DNA of 64,000 nt from an uncultured Planctomycetales bacterium (GTDB lineage: Bacteria > Omnitrophota > Gorgyraeia > Zapsychrales > JANLHA01), in the NCBI GenBank assembly GCA_964374105.1, contig CAYJXI010000001.1, forward strand, positions 71,743 to 135,742, read 5' to 3'. This document shows, one piece after another, positions 30,001 through 42,000 of the stretch; the stretch's first letter is position 1, and each line of letters begins with the position of its first letter. Below the pieces are notes generated by a model. The model saw only the letters and a list, made by a program, of their open reading frames with translations, was not told where the DNA came from and did not search any database. Both the position numbers and the translations under genes were made by a program.

Positions 30001-33000
30001 ATCCGCGGCCCGCCTGAGATTGGAGTTGCCAATTATCTGGATGTTGAAGAAGGTATTATTTACATTCTTATCCCACCCGATCCCTCCCGTCAGAATGTCC
30101 GCCACGAAATCCGCGCGGTTAGCTATAGATGGATGCCGCACTTTGTGAATGTCATTTTGGATAAAATCCCAAGTTATTCCCACAAATGGATCAATGAGCT
30201 TAAGCTCATATACTTTAGTTTAAGGTTGGGTGTTTCACCAACGAGGTTAAAGAGAGCGGAAATCCTTGCTCTACAGCTTGCCGATCGTGCTGCCGAAAAA
30301 ATGCAGGAGATTAAACAAAAGGCAAACTGGGTTGATGGGGTGATGGTGCAGGCTGAGTTAAAAGCCGATGGAAGCTTTGTGACCCCTGCCGATGTTGAGA
30401 TTCAAAATAAAATTGTTTTACCCAGTATTCTCAGAGAATTCCCAACCCATTATGTCTTAGGAGAGGAAGAGATCTTCGATCAAAAATTGAAAACTCAAAA
30501 TGACGCCAATGCCAAATCCGATTGGGTATGGGTGGTGGATCCGTTGGATGGGACCAAGGCTTATCGAGGCGGGCATAAAGGCTATGCCTTCTCGTTAGCT
30601 CTCCTTTATAGAGGAAGGCCAATGATTGCCGTGACCTATGCCCCGGAAATGGAACTGGGCAATGAAATGGGAATCAAGATGCAGGGAAGTCTCTGGGCTG
30701 GGGCAGTTGTAAACGGACGTAGATTGAAGATGAACCGGATTTTGGATCAATCCCCTGTATGGCAGGTGATCGCATTCTATTACGATGTGGAATTGAAACA
30801 TGATCGTTATCGATTTGGCTGGCAGAAACATTATGGAAAAGAAAATGTCTTAATCGAGACAGAAGAAACAAATGCCTCAGTTACCAACAGCATGAGAGTG
30901 CTGTTGGAAGAAGTAGCCATGTATTCTACCTCGGATGCCCATATCTGGGATTGGGCGGCGATTGGGGCGATTGCCCAGTGGGTGCAGGCAAGTGTCCATC
31001 GTTATGATGGAAGAAGTGCCTTCCCGATCAGGAAAGAAGAAATCGAAAAGGCCAAAGAAATTTTAGAACCATTTATCTTAACCCGCGGTGGTGAGCATGA
31101 AGAAACAGCCCTTAGAACTGTGCGTGAAGATCAAAATAAAGAATTGCGGGTAGCCGTGATCGGCGCCTCGGGATATTTGGGTAAGAAGATCTACTCGATC
31201 TTTAAGAATGAGAAGATGCAGGTTATCGGAACTTATCTTAATAAACCCAAGGAAGGATTGCTTCTCTTGGATGTCACTGAGGAAGAGGCCATTAAACGAT
31301 TTATCGAAACCCACAAGGTCAATGTCATCATCTATGCGGCTGGTGAGGCCAGCCCAGAAAGAGCCGAAAAAGATCCTGCCCGCGCGGAAACTTTAAATGC
31401 GGGAGTGATTGATACTTTCGCGAAACATTTCCACGGCCACTTTATCTATGTCTCAAGTGATTATGTCTTTGATGGAACAAAACCGCCTTACCTTGCCAAT
31501 GCAAAGCGCAGTCCGTTGAACGCTTACGGCCGATCCAAGATGCACGGCGAACAAAAGGTGTTAGAAGAACACATCGATCAATTTGAGAAAGTAACCGTGG
31601 TGCGCTTAGGGGTGCTTTACGGTTTCAATGACCAGGACGACAAGAAACATTATGTTAAAGAAATTGTAGAAAAATTGGATCAAGGAGAAACACTTATCAA
31701 GACGGATCACCGGCAAGTCAGGCATCCAACCTTCCTCGATGATGTGGCCTTGCACTTATTGGATGTGGTTAAGACCGGCCGCACGGGGATGACTCACGTC
31801 AACGGCCTAGAGGATACAACCAAGTACCAGTGGACTCAAGTCATTGCCGAAGTTTACCAAGAAACATTTGGCCCGATTCCAGGTCTTAAGATTGAACCTG
31901 TGGAAACGGTTGATGTCACCACCAAACCCAAAGACGCCAAACTTGTATCCCTGACTTCGATTAAGATCACATCACTTAAAGAAGGCATTCGAAAGATTAT
32001 CCGTCAATTATCGAATCGACAGACCAAGAAGGAAGATAGACAATCACAATCGCCTCAGAACCCCATGACAGCGTCCCGAATCGATTTATCTGATTTCGTC
32101 AGACAATTGGAGCACCTACTAAAACATTTTAAGGTTGACTTCAAGGAAAAGATCAAGATCGATACGATTGTTCTGGACCTTGACCGAACTGCCACCGAGC
32201 ATCCACAGGTGGAACTCAAAGGCTTAAATCTTGAAGAGATTATCCGAGCCCTTCTGGCTGACAAAAGGGTGATTATTATCAGCGGCAGTGCTTATCATAA
32301 AAAATATCAGACTCGTTACGGAGAATTTGACTATACCAAGAATTCTATTCAGCGCAAGGTGACGGATGTACTCAAGCGCGATCCGCGTATTCAAAAAAAT
32401 ATCCATAAGTTAAAGAATCTGATCATCAAATATATTTCTGGTAAGGGAACCATTACCTTCAACAAGGAAGGGGAAGAAATTGATCAGGTGAATCAGGAGT
32501 ATATCATCTCTGAAGATATTGAGAAGGCTATGGCCAAAGCGTTAGTAGGGGCGTTCTATGCAGTTTATAAGGGATATCAATTTGAGGAATTCTTAAAAGA
32601 CTCTTTGTATGAGCAGATTCAATCGTTTGACAAGAATGACTCAAAGTACATAGCTAAATTAGAAGAACTGGCTAAGACCTCAACGGGATTGGAGGGTATC
32701 CATTTCGGGCTCTGGGGAAGCGAGACAGTCTTGGATTATGCCGATAATCGTTCACCGGATGGGACGCTAGTGATTGAATTTGCGGTAAGGTTGTTAGCCA
32801 GAGACATCGGTGAGGAAAATGTAAGAGGGAAATACTTCCTCTCTGGCGGTGGGAATTATGCCAAGTTTGCCTTAATTGATAAAAAAGATGTGATTGCCAA
32901 CGAACTTAAAAGTATTGATTCTGCCGGTGTCGTCCTTGCCTTGGGTGATTCGAGTGTCGATACCTTCCTGTTTCTTAAGCCAACAGAATATCTCTATGTG

Positions 33001-36000
33001 CCTATCTATTTAGGCCGCGGCAAAGATATCCAAAGTTATCCCAATGTTTTAATAGTTAAAAGAACCAATGGCGAGGATAACGTCCAATCGGAAGGATTTG
33101 GTCCGGTTGTTGAGATGTTTTCGGATGCTGAGGAAAGAAACTTAAGCTTTGAGGAATTGCTGAATCTCAATGAGAAGGGTGTCCAAGGAGATATCCTTAA
33201 GGATGCCTCGGCTGAAGGCAGGTCCCATCGAGATGACGCAAAAATAATAGGTAAAGAGGTCAAACGATTTGATTATGATGAGTTGGCATTGATTGCCGCT
33301 TGGGTGAGGAAAGACGTGTTTGACATGATCCGTAAAGCTAAGGCTGGTCATTTCGGCGCCTCAATGAGTGTGGCGGATATTCTGGTGACGCTGTACTTTG
33401 GCGGGCATTTGCGAATTGACGATTGGGAAAACCGCGACCGGTTGATTCTCTCCGAAGGCCATGCGGTGGCTACCCTGCATTCAATTCTTTCGATGCTTGG
33501 GTTCTTCAGCCGTGATGAGCTGGCTACGTTCCGGCAGGAGGGTTCGATCTTAAACGCCCATCCTACCGCTTACATGACTCCCGGCATTGATGCCTCAACG
33601 GGTTCGCTGGGGCAAGGGTTGGGACGTGGCATCGGCATGGCGTTGGCGGACAAGATGGATCAGAAATCTCGTCATACTTTTGTCATTCTGGGTGATGGCG
33701 AGGCCCAAGAAGGGCAGGTCAGTGAGTCTATGGCGATCGCACCAATGTTGGAATTGGATCATCTCATTGTGATTATGGACCGAAACAAGATCCAGCTCAG
33801 TACCGCTACTGAGAACGTAAACAATCAGATGAGCCAGGAGGCAGTCTGGAGGCTCAACGGCTGGAATGTGATCACCATAAACGGACATGATTTTGGGCAA
33901 CTTAACGAAGCCCTCAAGGTTGCCAAGACTCATCGCGGCAGGCCGACCTTAATCATCGCGGATACGATTATGGGCAGAGGCTTATCGTTTATGGAGAAAG
34001 ATTCTCAAGCGGGCAGCGCCCAGTGGCATCACGGACAGCCTAGTCAAGAACAATTTGAAATCGGTGAGAAGGAAATCAGAGAAAGGGTATTGGCTCTAGA
34101 AGAAAAAGCCAAGTTAAACTTTGAATTATTCTTGGCGAAGGTTCATAAGAAACGCTACGTGGAAGTAAGGAGACCTCAACCCGAGGTGCTTCCTGTATTC
34201 TTAGAGAGAGAAAGGAGTTTCTTTAATAATGCCGAGGAGTTCCCGAAGAATGTGACTCGTGCGTTTATTCTCTCATTAATTGAGTTCGCCAAAACTGATA
34301 AACGGATTGTCTTTTTGACCGCCGACCTAACCGGCTCTCATTCCTTGGGACCGAGTATATTTAAAGAGGCATTCCCCGATCGATATTTCGATGTTGGTAT
34401 CCGTGAACAATCCATGGCCAATATCGCGGCCGGTTTGGCTGATTCGGGCAAACGCCCGGTTGTGGTGGTCTATGATGCGATGGTCAATCTCATGGCCGAA
34501 CAAATTCGATTTATTGCTCAGGATAGTTTGCCGGTCATCATCTGGGGTGCGGTTGGTGGAGTGGGTTCAGCCATGGGTGGCCGTAGCCATCAATCTTCCG
34601 CCGAGTCAGCCCTCTACAAATACATCCCCGCCATGCATTATTTTGAACCGGCCGATGCCAACGAAACCTATGAACTTCTTAAAACCGCCCTTCATCTGGA
34701 TGGCCCAAGTTACTTCAGGACTTCTCGACTAGGAATTCCTTTATTAGATCGCGGACAGAATCCTCAGCCAGAGAAAGGGGCCTATGTTATCCGAGACAGT
34801 GAAACAAGGCCCGATGGGATCATCGTTGCCACCGGTTCCATTATGAGGAATGTGCTTAAGGTTTATGAGGAGTTGAGGAAACAAGGAATCAATGTGAGGG
34901 TGATTAATATTACACGGTTAGAAAAAGAATTATTATTGAAATATTTAAAACCGCTCTTGATTGATGAGGTCCCGATCGTAACGGTTTATGATGCGCAAAA
35001 GATGATTTTAGCCGATCTCGTCAGCGGCGTCATCACCTTAAGTCCAGCCACCCGAAATGATCTCTTGCCATTAGGAATAACCGGCTGGGGCGCGGCCAAT
35101 GCCGATAGAGATTTTGATGCAACCTTGAAGGACAGCGGATTAGATGAGGAGAGCCTTTTAAAACAAATCAGTGGATTCTTAAAGAAAGAAGGACAAGGGC
35201 AAGGCGGTGACAGTCCCATTAAAGAGAGAGATCGGCAAAATCCAAAATCAACATTGTCTGCCTTTGAACCCTTGACCTTGCTTGTGGTTAGTATTGCGAT
35301 TGCAGCTGTGGTATTGGGGCTTAGGAAAGAAAGGAAACGATTCGATCTGAATATTAGTAGTGATCAAGAAGGTGGAATGAAAACAAAAGGCGGCAGCCAC
35401 CTTGTGGTTCATCCTGGAATGCGTATAGTGCCGTCTTTCATAAGGATAATCAATCCTCGCAGTTCCGCTGATGGGAGAATGTCAAGGAGTCCCACAAAGG
35501 CACCGAGTATGACATCTTTATTCGGTGGATGGATATCAACAACGATGATATTAAATTCGGAAGGCGGGAACAAAAGGACATTAAAGAAATCTTTATCAAG
35601 GGAAATGAGGATACGGTCTTCGCGTTTGGCAAGCAGAGCATTACTCATGTCCGATGAAGAACGAGGGACCCCTACTACATCGTGGCCTAAAGCAGTTAAG
35701 GTTCTCATGAGTTTGATAGGAACATCTTCATCAATTAAAAATTTCATCTTTGAGGTTATTTCGATTTATGCAAATCGAGAAACTCTTGATTCTTGGCCAC
35801 TTGGGCAGCAAAATGCAAAGTGGCCTTTATATGATCAAGAGTCAGTTCGGGGTAGTAGTCTTGTCCAATTATCTCTTGGGGAGAAACACCGCCTTCCAAG
35901 AGTTCAAGGACAAGATAGATGGGGATCCGGGTTCCCTGGAAGCACACTTTTCCATGGCAAATTTGAGGATCAACGCTTAAATACTTTTGAAGATTCATCT

Positions 36001-39000
36001 TTTTCTCCGCAATTTTTTATTCTGCTATCTTCTTTTGTTTCAAGTCTATCATCGGCTTTAAATGTTGTCAACCCTTCGATTTCACTCCCCGCCGATTCGT
36101 CCCGCAGAAGTGCTGCGGGCCGGGCTGGGGAGCGGCGCCTCTTCTTTAAAGGGTTGGGCGCCATCGAATGGGTCAACTGGAGTGAGGAAGGAAAAGAAGG
36201 TGATAGTCACCTTCAAGATGGACATCGGCAAGATCCAAAATCAACATTGTCTGCCTTTGACCCATGGACCTTGTTTATGATTGGTGCTGCGGTGGGGATG
36301 GCTGTGATCGTTGGCGTATGGCAGGTAAGGAAATGGAGAAGGTCCTGGACTTCTCAAAAGCGCATTGAATTGATAGAAGAGTTTATCAAGCGATATCCGG
36401 ATAAAAATATTTTAGGTGTGGTGATTTTTGGAAGTGTGGCCTCTGGGAAGGCTACTTTAAAGAGCGACTTAGATTTTATGCTCATCGTGCAAAAAGGCGA
36501 GTCACTGCTAGCCTTTAACAATCAAGAATCTGAGTTTATTGATCAGTTAGGTCAACAATTTGATTTTATTGAACATCCTTCGGTCGGCAAGCTGATGCTC
36601 GAATCTTCCTTAGATACTAACCCCTATCAGGCCTTTGATGCGCAAATTGCTTTATTTTTTGTTCCGCCGCATCTGGTAGGAATCGAGGTTTTTGGCGCCA
36701 GACAACCGGGCCATCCTTTCATTGATCAATGGATTGTGGTAGCCAGGACCCCTGAATTAGAACAAAATTTGACGGCATTGATTAAAGAACGAATGAAAAT
36801 AGTGGTGAGTCGAACTGAAAAGAAAGAAGAAGACAGCCACCGCCTCGCTAGAGCCGAGGGCGAGGAAGACCAACTCTTTGGACTTAACCTAAGTGAAGAG
36901 AACCAGACTAAACTGGCAGAATTGTTAGAACACGCCTTGGAGAGCAAAAATAAGAGAGAAAAAGAGAAAGCCATAAGGCTCTTAAAGAAATTTTTATGGC
37001 GACAAGCCTTAAAAGAGGAAGATGAAAGGACCCTAACTCTCCTTAAACGGCAACCCAAAGACGTATTTGTTAATCAGCATGAACAGGTGCTGGCGGTTGA
37101 AAACGGTCAGTTGCTCTTAAAGAATCGTAAGGAAACACTTAAGTACAGTCAGATATTGCTTGATGTCACCAAGAAGGCCGATCGGGCCTATCATCGAAGC
37201 TTAAGGTCAGTCTTGATAAGAGGCATAAGGAAAATGATAAGTTCGGTTGAAGCCACAGCCACGACGAATGCTTTCCCAAGAACTGTTACGATACATTGGA
37301 CCAAGGATATGATAATGCTGCCTGGCTTTGATCTTGTTGAGCGAGCTTATAAACAGAGTATCAAAGCTGCCGCAGAAGTGCACTTTGAACATAATTTAAG
37401 ACAGATCCAGAAATTGCTTAAAGGCCGAGGCAGAGGTGTCCTGGCGATGGCCCTTCGAGAAGGCTCCCCGGCCAGCGAATCACCAAAGCCGGGGCGGGCA
37501 GGACAAGCAGAGGAGAATAATGGCGAACCTGCTCAAGAAGAAAAGATTAAAGAAGAGATTAGGGATATTATCTTGGAAAAGATCGGCAAGAGTCCATTTA
37601 AGAAATTTAGTGAACGAGCCCGTCAAAAGATTTTGACCGCCCTGGTTGAATCTATCTGGCGCGTATTTTCAAAAGAGTTGGGGGAAAGAAAGGAAGTGAG
37701 CCAGGCGCTTGAAAGGGCTGTTGGTCAGGGATTGAGGGGAGCGGTAACGATAGAGAGAAATCAGTTGAACGCCTTAGTCAGTAAATTGGTGAAATTGGAG
37801 GATAGAATTAACAAAACCAGTAGAAAAGAAGAATGGGCAAACCAAGTCGCAATTTCCTTGGATTGGTTTACTCATGTCATGCAAGAGTACGTGGATAAGA
37901 TTCCGGAATTTAGCAATCTGTGGGAGACCCTAAATGCCCTGATCAAGATTCTGGTACGCGATTCCAACAAATATGTACGGGAAGCGGAAGATGATGAGGC
38001 CAAAAAGGAATACCATATCCGCAGGTTGCGTGTTGAGATCGCTACCGTGAGTTTGCGGATTTATCACGATGTGCCTTGGATGCAAGGTCCTCCAGACAGG
38101 GTGAAGGCGACGGTGGAAAAATTCAATAAATACATACTGAATTATTATCCCTGGACCGAGTATGAGCAGAGCCAGGAATATCTTACTTCCATTAAACACA
38201 TGATGGAAGGGTTAGTGTATGTTTATCCGGCTTGGAGAGAGCGGCTGGACATGTCCAAATGGGAGGAAATTAAGGTCAAAGTACACCTTCCTGTTTCCTT
38301 GCGAAAGGCGGTTAAGGGCAAGAAAGAATTTATTGAAATCAGCGGAGCCATCGATGTGAAAGGGGTCTTTGAAAAATTATTTGACGAAGCACCGGCTTTG
38401 TATGGCGAGTTATTTAAGCGGGGTACTCGACGCAAATTTATCCATATCTTTAAGAACAAAGAAGAGTTACCGGAAAAATTCGAGCAGTACAGTGCCTTTG
38501 GAATCGAGGTGAATGATGAGATTTATATCTATACAGGTGGAGCCGGCCCGGTGAGACCAGCAACCAACGAAAGTCAAAACAGAGGAGGAAACCAAGGTAA
38601 CGCTGAGCTTAAGAAGGGACATCCAGGAAATAAGAAAGGACCCAAAGATGCCTCCGCTCAAGGGAAAGATCGAAAGACGATTATCAAAGAAGTAAGCGAG
38701 TTGGGTGGGATTAAGGCGATTATCCAAAACTTCGGCAGCTTGATTATTCATGAAGACGTGATGAGGACTTATGGCATCAGCCAAGAAATCACGGATCAAT
38801 TAGCCGACAATGTTTTCTTCGTCCGCGGGCCGCCATCAATTGGGGTGGCCAATCATATCGAAGGGAAAACGATCTACATTATTATTCCTGTCAGCAAGGG
38901 GACTGTCCCCTCTGGGGACAGTCCCCTTGCTGCCCTTGCTGCAAGCCGTCAAGACATCCGTCATGAGATCCGCGCGGTGATTTATCCTTGGTTACCTCAT

Positions 39001-42000
39001 CAAATCAATTTCCTCATTGATCAGATTCAATTTTTAATCTCAAAGATAATAAGACCGCTCAAAGGAACATTCAACCTCTTCCCACCGTGGCGGGACTGGT
39101 TGAGTGAAATTTCCCATCATTTAAGAGCGGTCTTGAATTTAAAGCAAGGGTTGCTGCCTGTCTCGTCGTTGTTTAGGGCGGGATCCATTTTCCAAACGAT
39201 GAGGCAGAAAGTGTTTGCCATCCAACCGTGGCTGGTGGTGAGCAAATTGCCTTCCTGGGCAGCAGCCCTTGGCAATAATCAAGAACACGCCATGTTTATG
39301 AACCGAGGCGGCCGCATGCCGCTCTTGCAGGAATTCTACAACCGACGCGAATCCGCGGTGATTCAGGCACCAAAGATCCATTGGTTGCCGTATCGCTTAA
39401 GGGTTCTATTAGGGTATATCATTGGTCAGGCGCTAACGCCGATGCGGTATGAATCCGGGGTGATCGCCGGTATCATTCTCATCTTCGGCATCATTTATCC
39501 TTTAAGTATGCCGCATGTCTTTGATTTCACAACCGTGGTTTCGATGTCTATGCCATTCTGGATAACTTTGGCGGTAGGCAAAATCCTTTGGCATCTTTTC
39601 CATATGATTACTCCAGAACAATTGCAAGGAGAATTGAATGAGGACGATACCGTTTGGATTAAAATCGGCAAGGCCTTTTATTTATTGCATACCAAAGAGA
39701 CTTGGGAAGCTTGGAAGAAAGTTATCAGCGGCGATTTACTTCTGATCACCGGCTTACAATTCCTCATGCTGGGATTATTTAAATGGTTTTTGGATCCAAC
39801 CGATGTGTACTTCTTCATCAGTCTTATTTTAGGTCTGTTGGTGCCGCATTTTGTCGTGGATCTTATTGTAACACCTTTGACCGGTTGGCTGATTCTCTTC
39901 AGAAAGGTTGAGGAGATCTCATCTGAAGAGGAAAAAGAAAAATTCTATCAGCAGATGAGTCGATACTTCAAAAGAATTGATCAGCACAGGTTAGTGAGGT
40001 TGTTAAGATCTAAAGACCAAAAGGTTAATCGAACCGCCATGAGGGTCATGGAATATATGGTTGGGGAGGTTCTTTGGCCATTCAGTCAAATCTTGGCGAA
40101 TTGGATAGAGGAACATCCCGATTTAAGAATTGAATTTGATCATCGAGGGATAATTGAATTCCAGGGAGTGGATTTGAATTTGGCCAATCTGGATATTATT
40201 TCGTTAATCAAGGTCTTAAGAGGATATGGATACGATTTAATTGGCAAAGTCACCGTGACTGGATATGAAATTGAGGAGGCCATCAAGTCGGATAAAAAGG
40301 CTCTGCAGGCCGTGGTTGAGAAAATTTTGAAACATATCGGTATTTTAACAAAGGGTGATTCACATAAACAAACACATCACAAAGAAGGAGATGTTAAAGA
40401 GCATCCCATCCGTCCATCCGCCATGTACCAGGCTGCCAAAGATTATGCTTATCGCTTAAAATACCGGGGATATGATGAGCCATACATCCCCGCCGGATTT
40501 GAGAAGTTGGGTGATATCCTCTTAAGGGTTGCCGTCTACGAATATTTAAAGAAGTCGGGTAAGATCAATGGACCGCCGGATTTAAGTCAGAAGTCAGATG
40601 TCATAAGTCAAAGGTCAACTGCGCGTGAGCAAGTTGAGCAGGTTATTGAGGACTACAAGCGCAGTGAGCCCGACAAACTCAAAGAATTCAAAGAAACCGA
40701 GATTACAACTTCGCGGACCTGGGACATCGGTAGAAACCGCCAGATCAGAAATATCTTAAAGAAACTCGATTACCCGCAGCATCTCATTGACTGGACTATT
40801 CAACATATTGATCTTCATGAAAAATCACCCACAGAATCCAAGGCCATTTCTCGACAAGCCAGGCAATTGAGACTCGAGTACCGCGCTACTTTAGGTGACT
40901 TTATCATCGCCTTAACCGACTGGAATTTTAGAATCTTTGCCTTAAGCTACGAACGAAAGTTAAACGCCAATCCACAACCTATCCTAGAAAAACTTGAACA
41001 ACTGCTCGTTGAGATCAAAGCTGTTCTACCGAGATTTAGAGATTTACAAATCCCGGTGGATCTTATTGAGCGAGTTGAGGCCATCTTTGAATTGTTAGAG
41101 AAGACCAAGGAAGGGGGTGTGCGTACACCCAACGAACCGGCGGCGAATATGATCCTCACCGCCACAATAGAAAAAGCCACGCAACAGAAAGAATCAATTC
41201 TTAGAGCCCGTTTGCGTCAGGAGAAGAATATAGCGCGGGTGAAGAAAGATGGAAAATATTTCGTGCGCGGCCAGCGCTATGAAACGATTGCCAAGGGATT
41301 AAGTCCGGTCTTAACGTATGGGAATCTTCTCTATTCAAGCCTCTTTGATGCCTTTGGGGCAGTAGATCATATGATTGATACCGAGCTTGATGAAGTCCTC
41401 TGGATTAAGGATTTCATTGGCCTATTGAATGAATTTAAACGAATGACTGTCGATGATAAACAACGGATTGAACAAATGATCGAGGAACGTCTTAGCAAAT
41501 TAAGCAGGGCCCTCGTTGAGGAAAAGAAACTTGCCCGTATCGTTCTTGAGCATACAAAGACCCTCCTCAATTTGGATGTCAACCTCTTAAAACAAATCAT
41601 CGGGCTCTTTAATGTCACGATTCGTCTATTGCAATTGAGGATCGAAGAAAGCCAGGCGATAGTAAGAGGCTTAAAAAATGCCCGCTTGAATCGATTAAGA
41701 AAAGAGGTCAACGAAAGAAATGCCGCCCTTAAGACAAGGGCCTTTAAGATCCTTCATTCTCTTCAATACGGCCATTATCGGTTGCCAAAGAAGATCCTTG
41801 AAGAAGATCTCCTCAATCCCAAACACGAGGCTTATCTCGATCCTAACGATCCGGAATTTACCCCGTTGAGCTCTGTCTTAAAGCATAAGATTTTACCCCT
41901 CTTAAGGAAAATCTATAAAACGAAGGAAGATCGCCAAACTATTCAAGAGGTCTTAGAATTCTTCAAGAACAAACTTCTTGTTTCCATGATCATCAACCGC

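Noticed and set aside
29686-30183. 165-aa minus-strand ORF, the longest in the track outside the TA pairs
   Set aside because: No resemblance to any protein family I recognise. It is antisense to a conserved + strand module that is itself repeated at 38.6 kb; the 'NRLNPT' string recurs in the antisense ORF 38467-38799 for that reason. Judged a chance antisense ORF.
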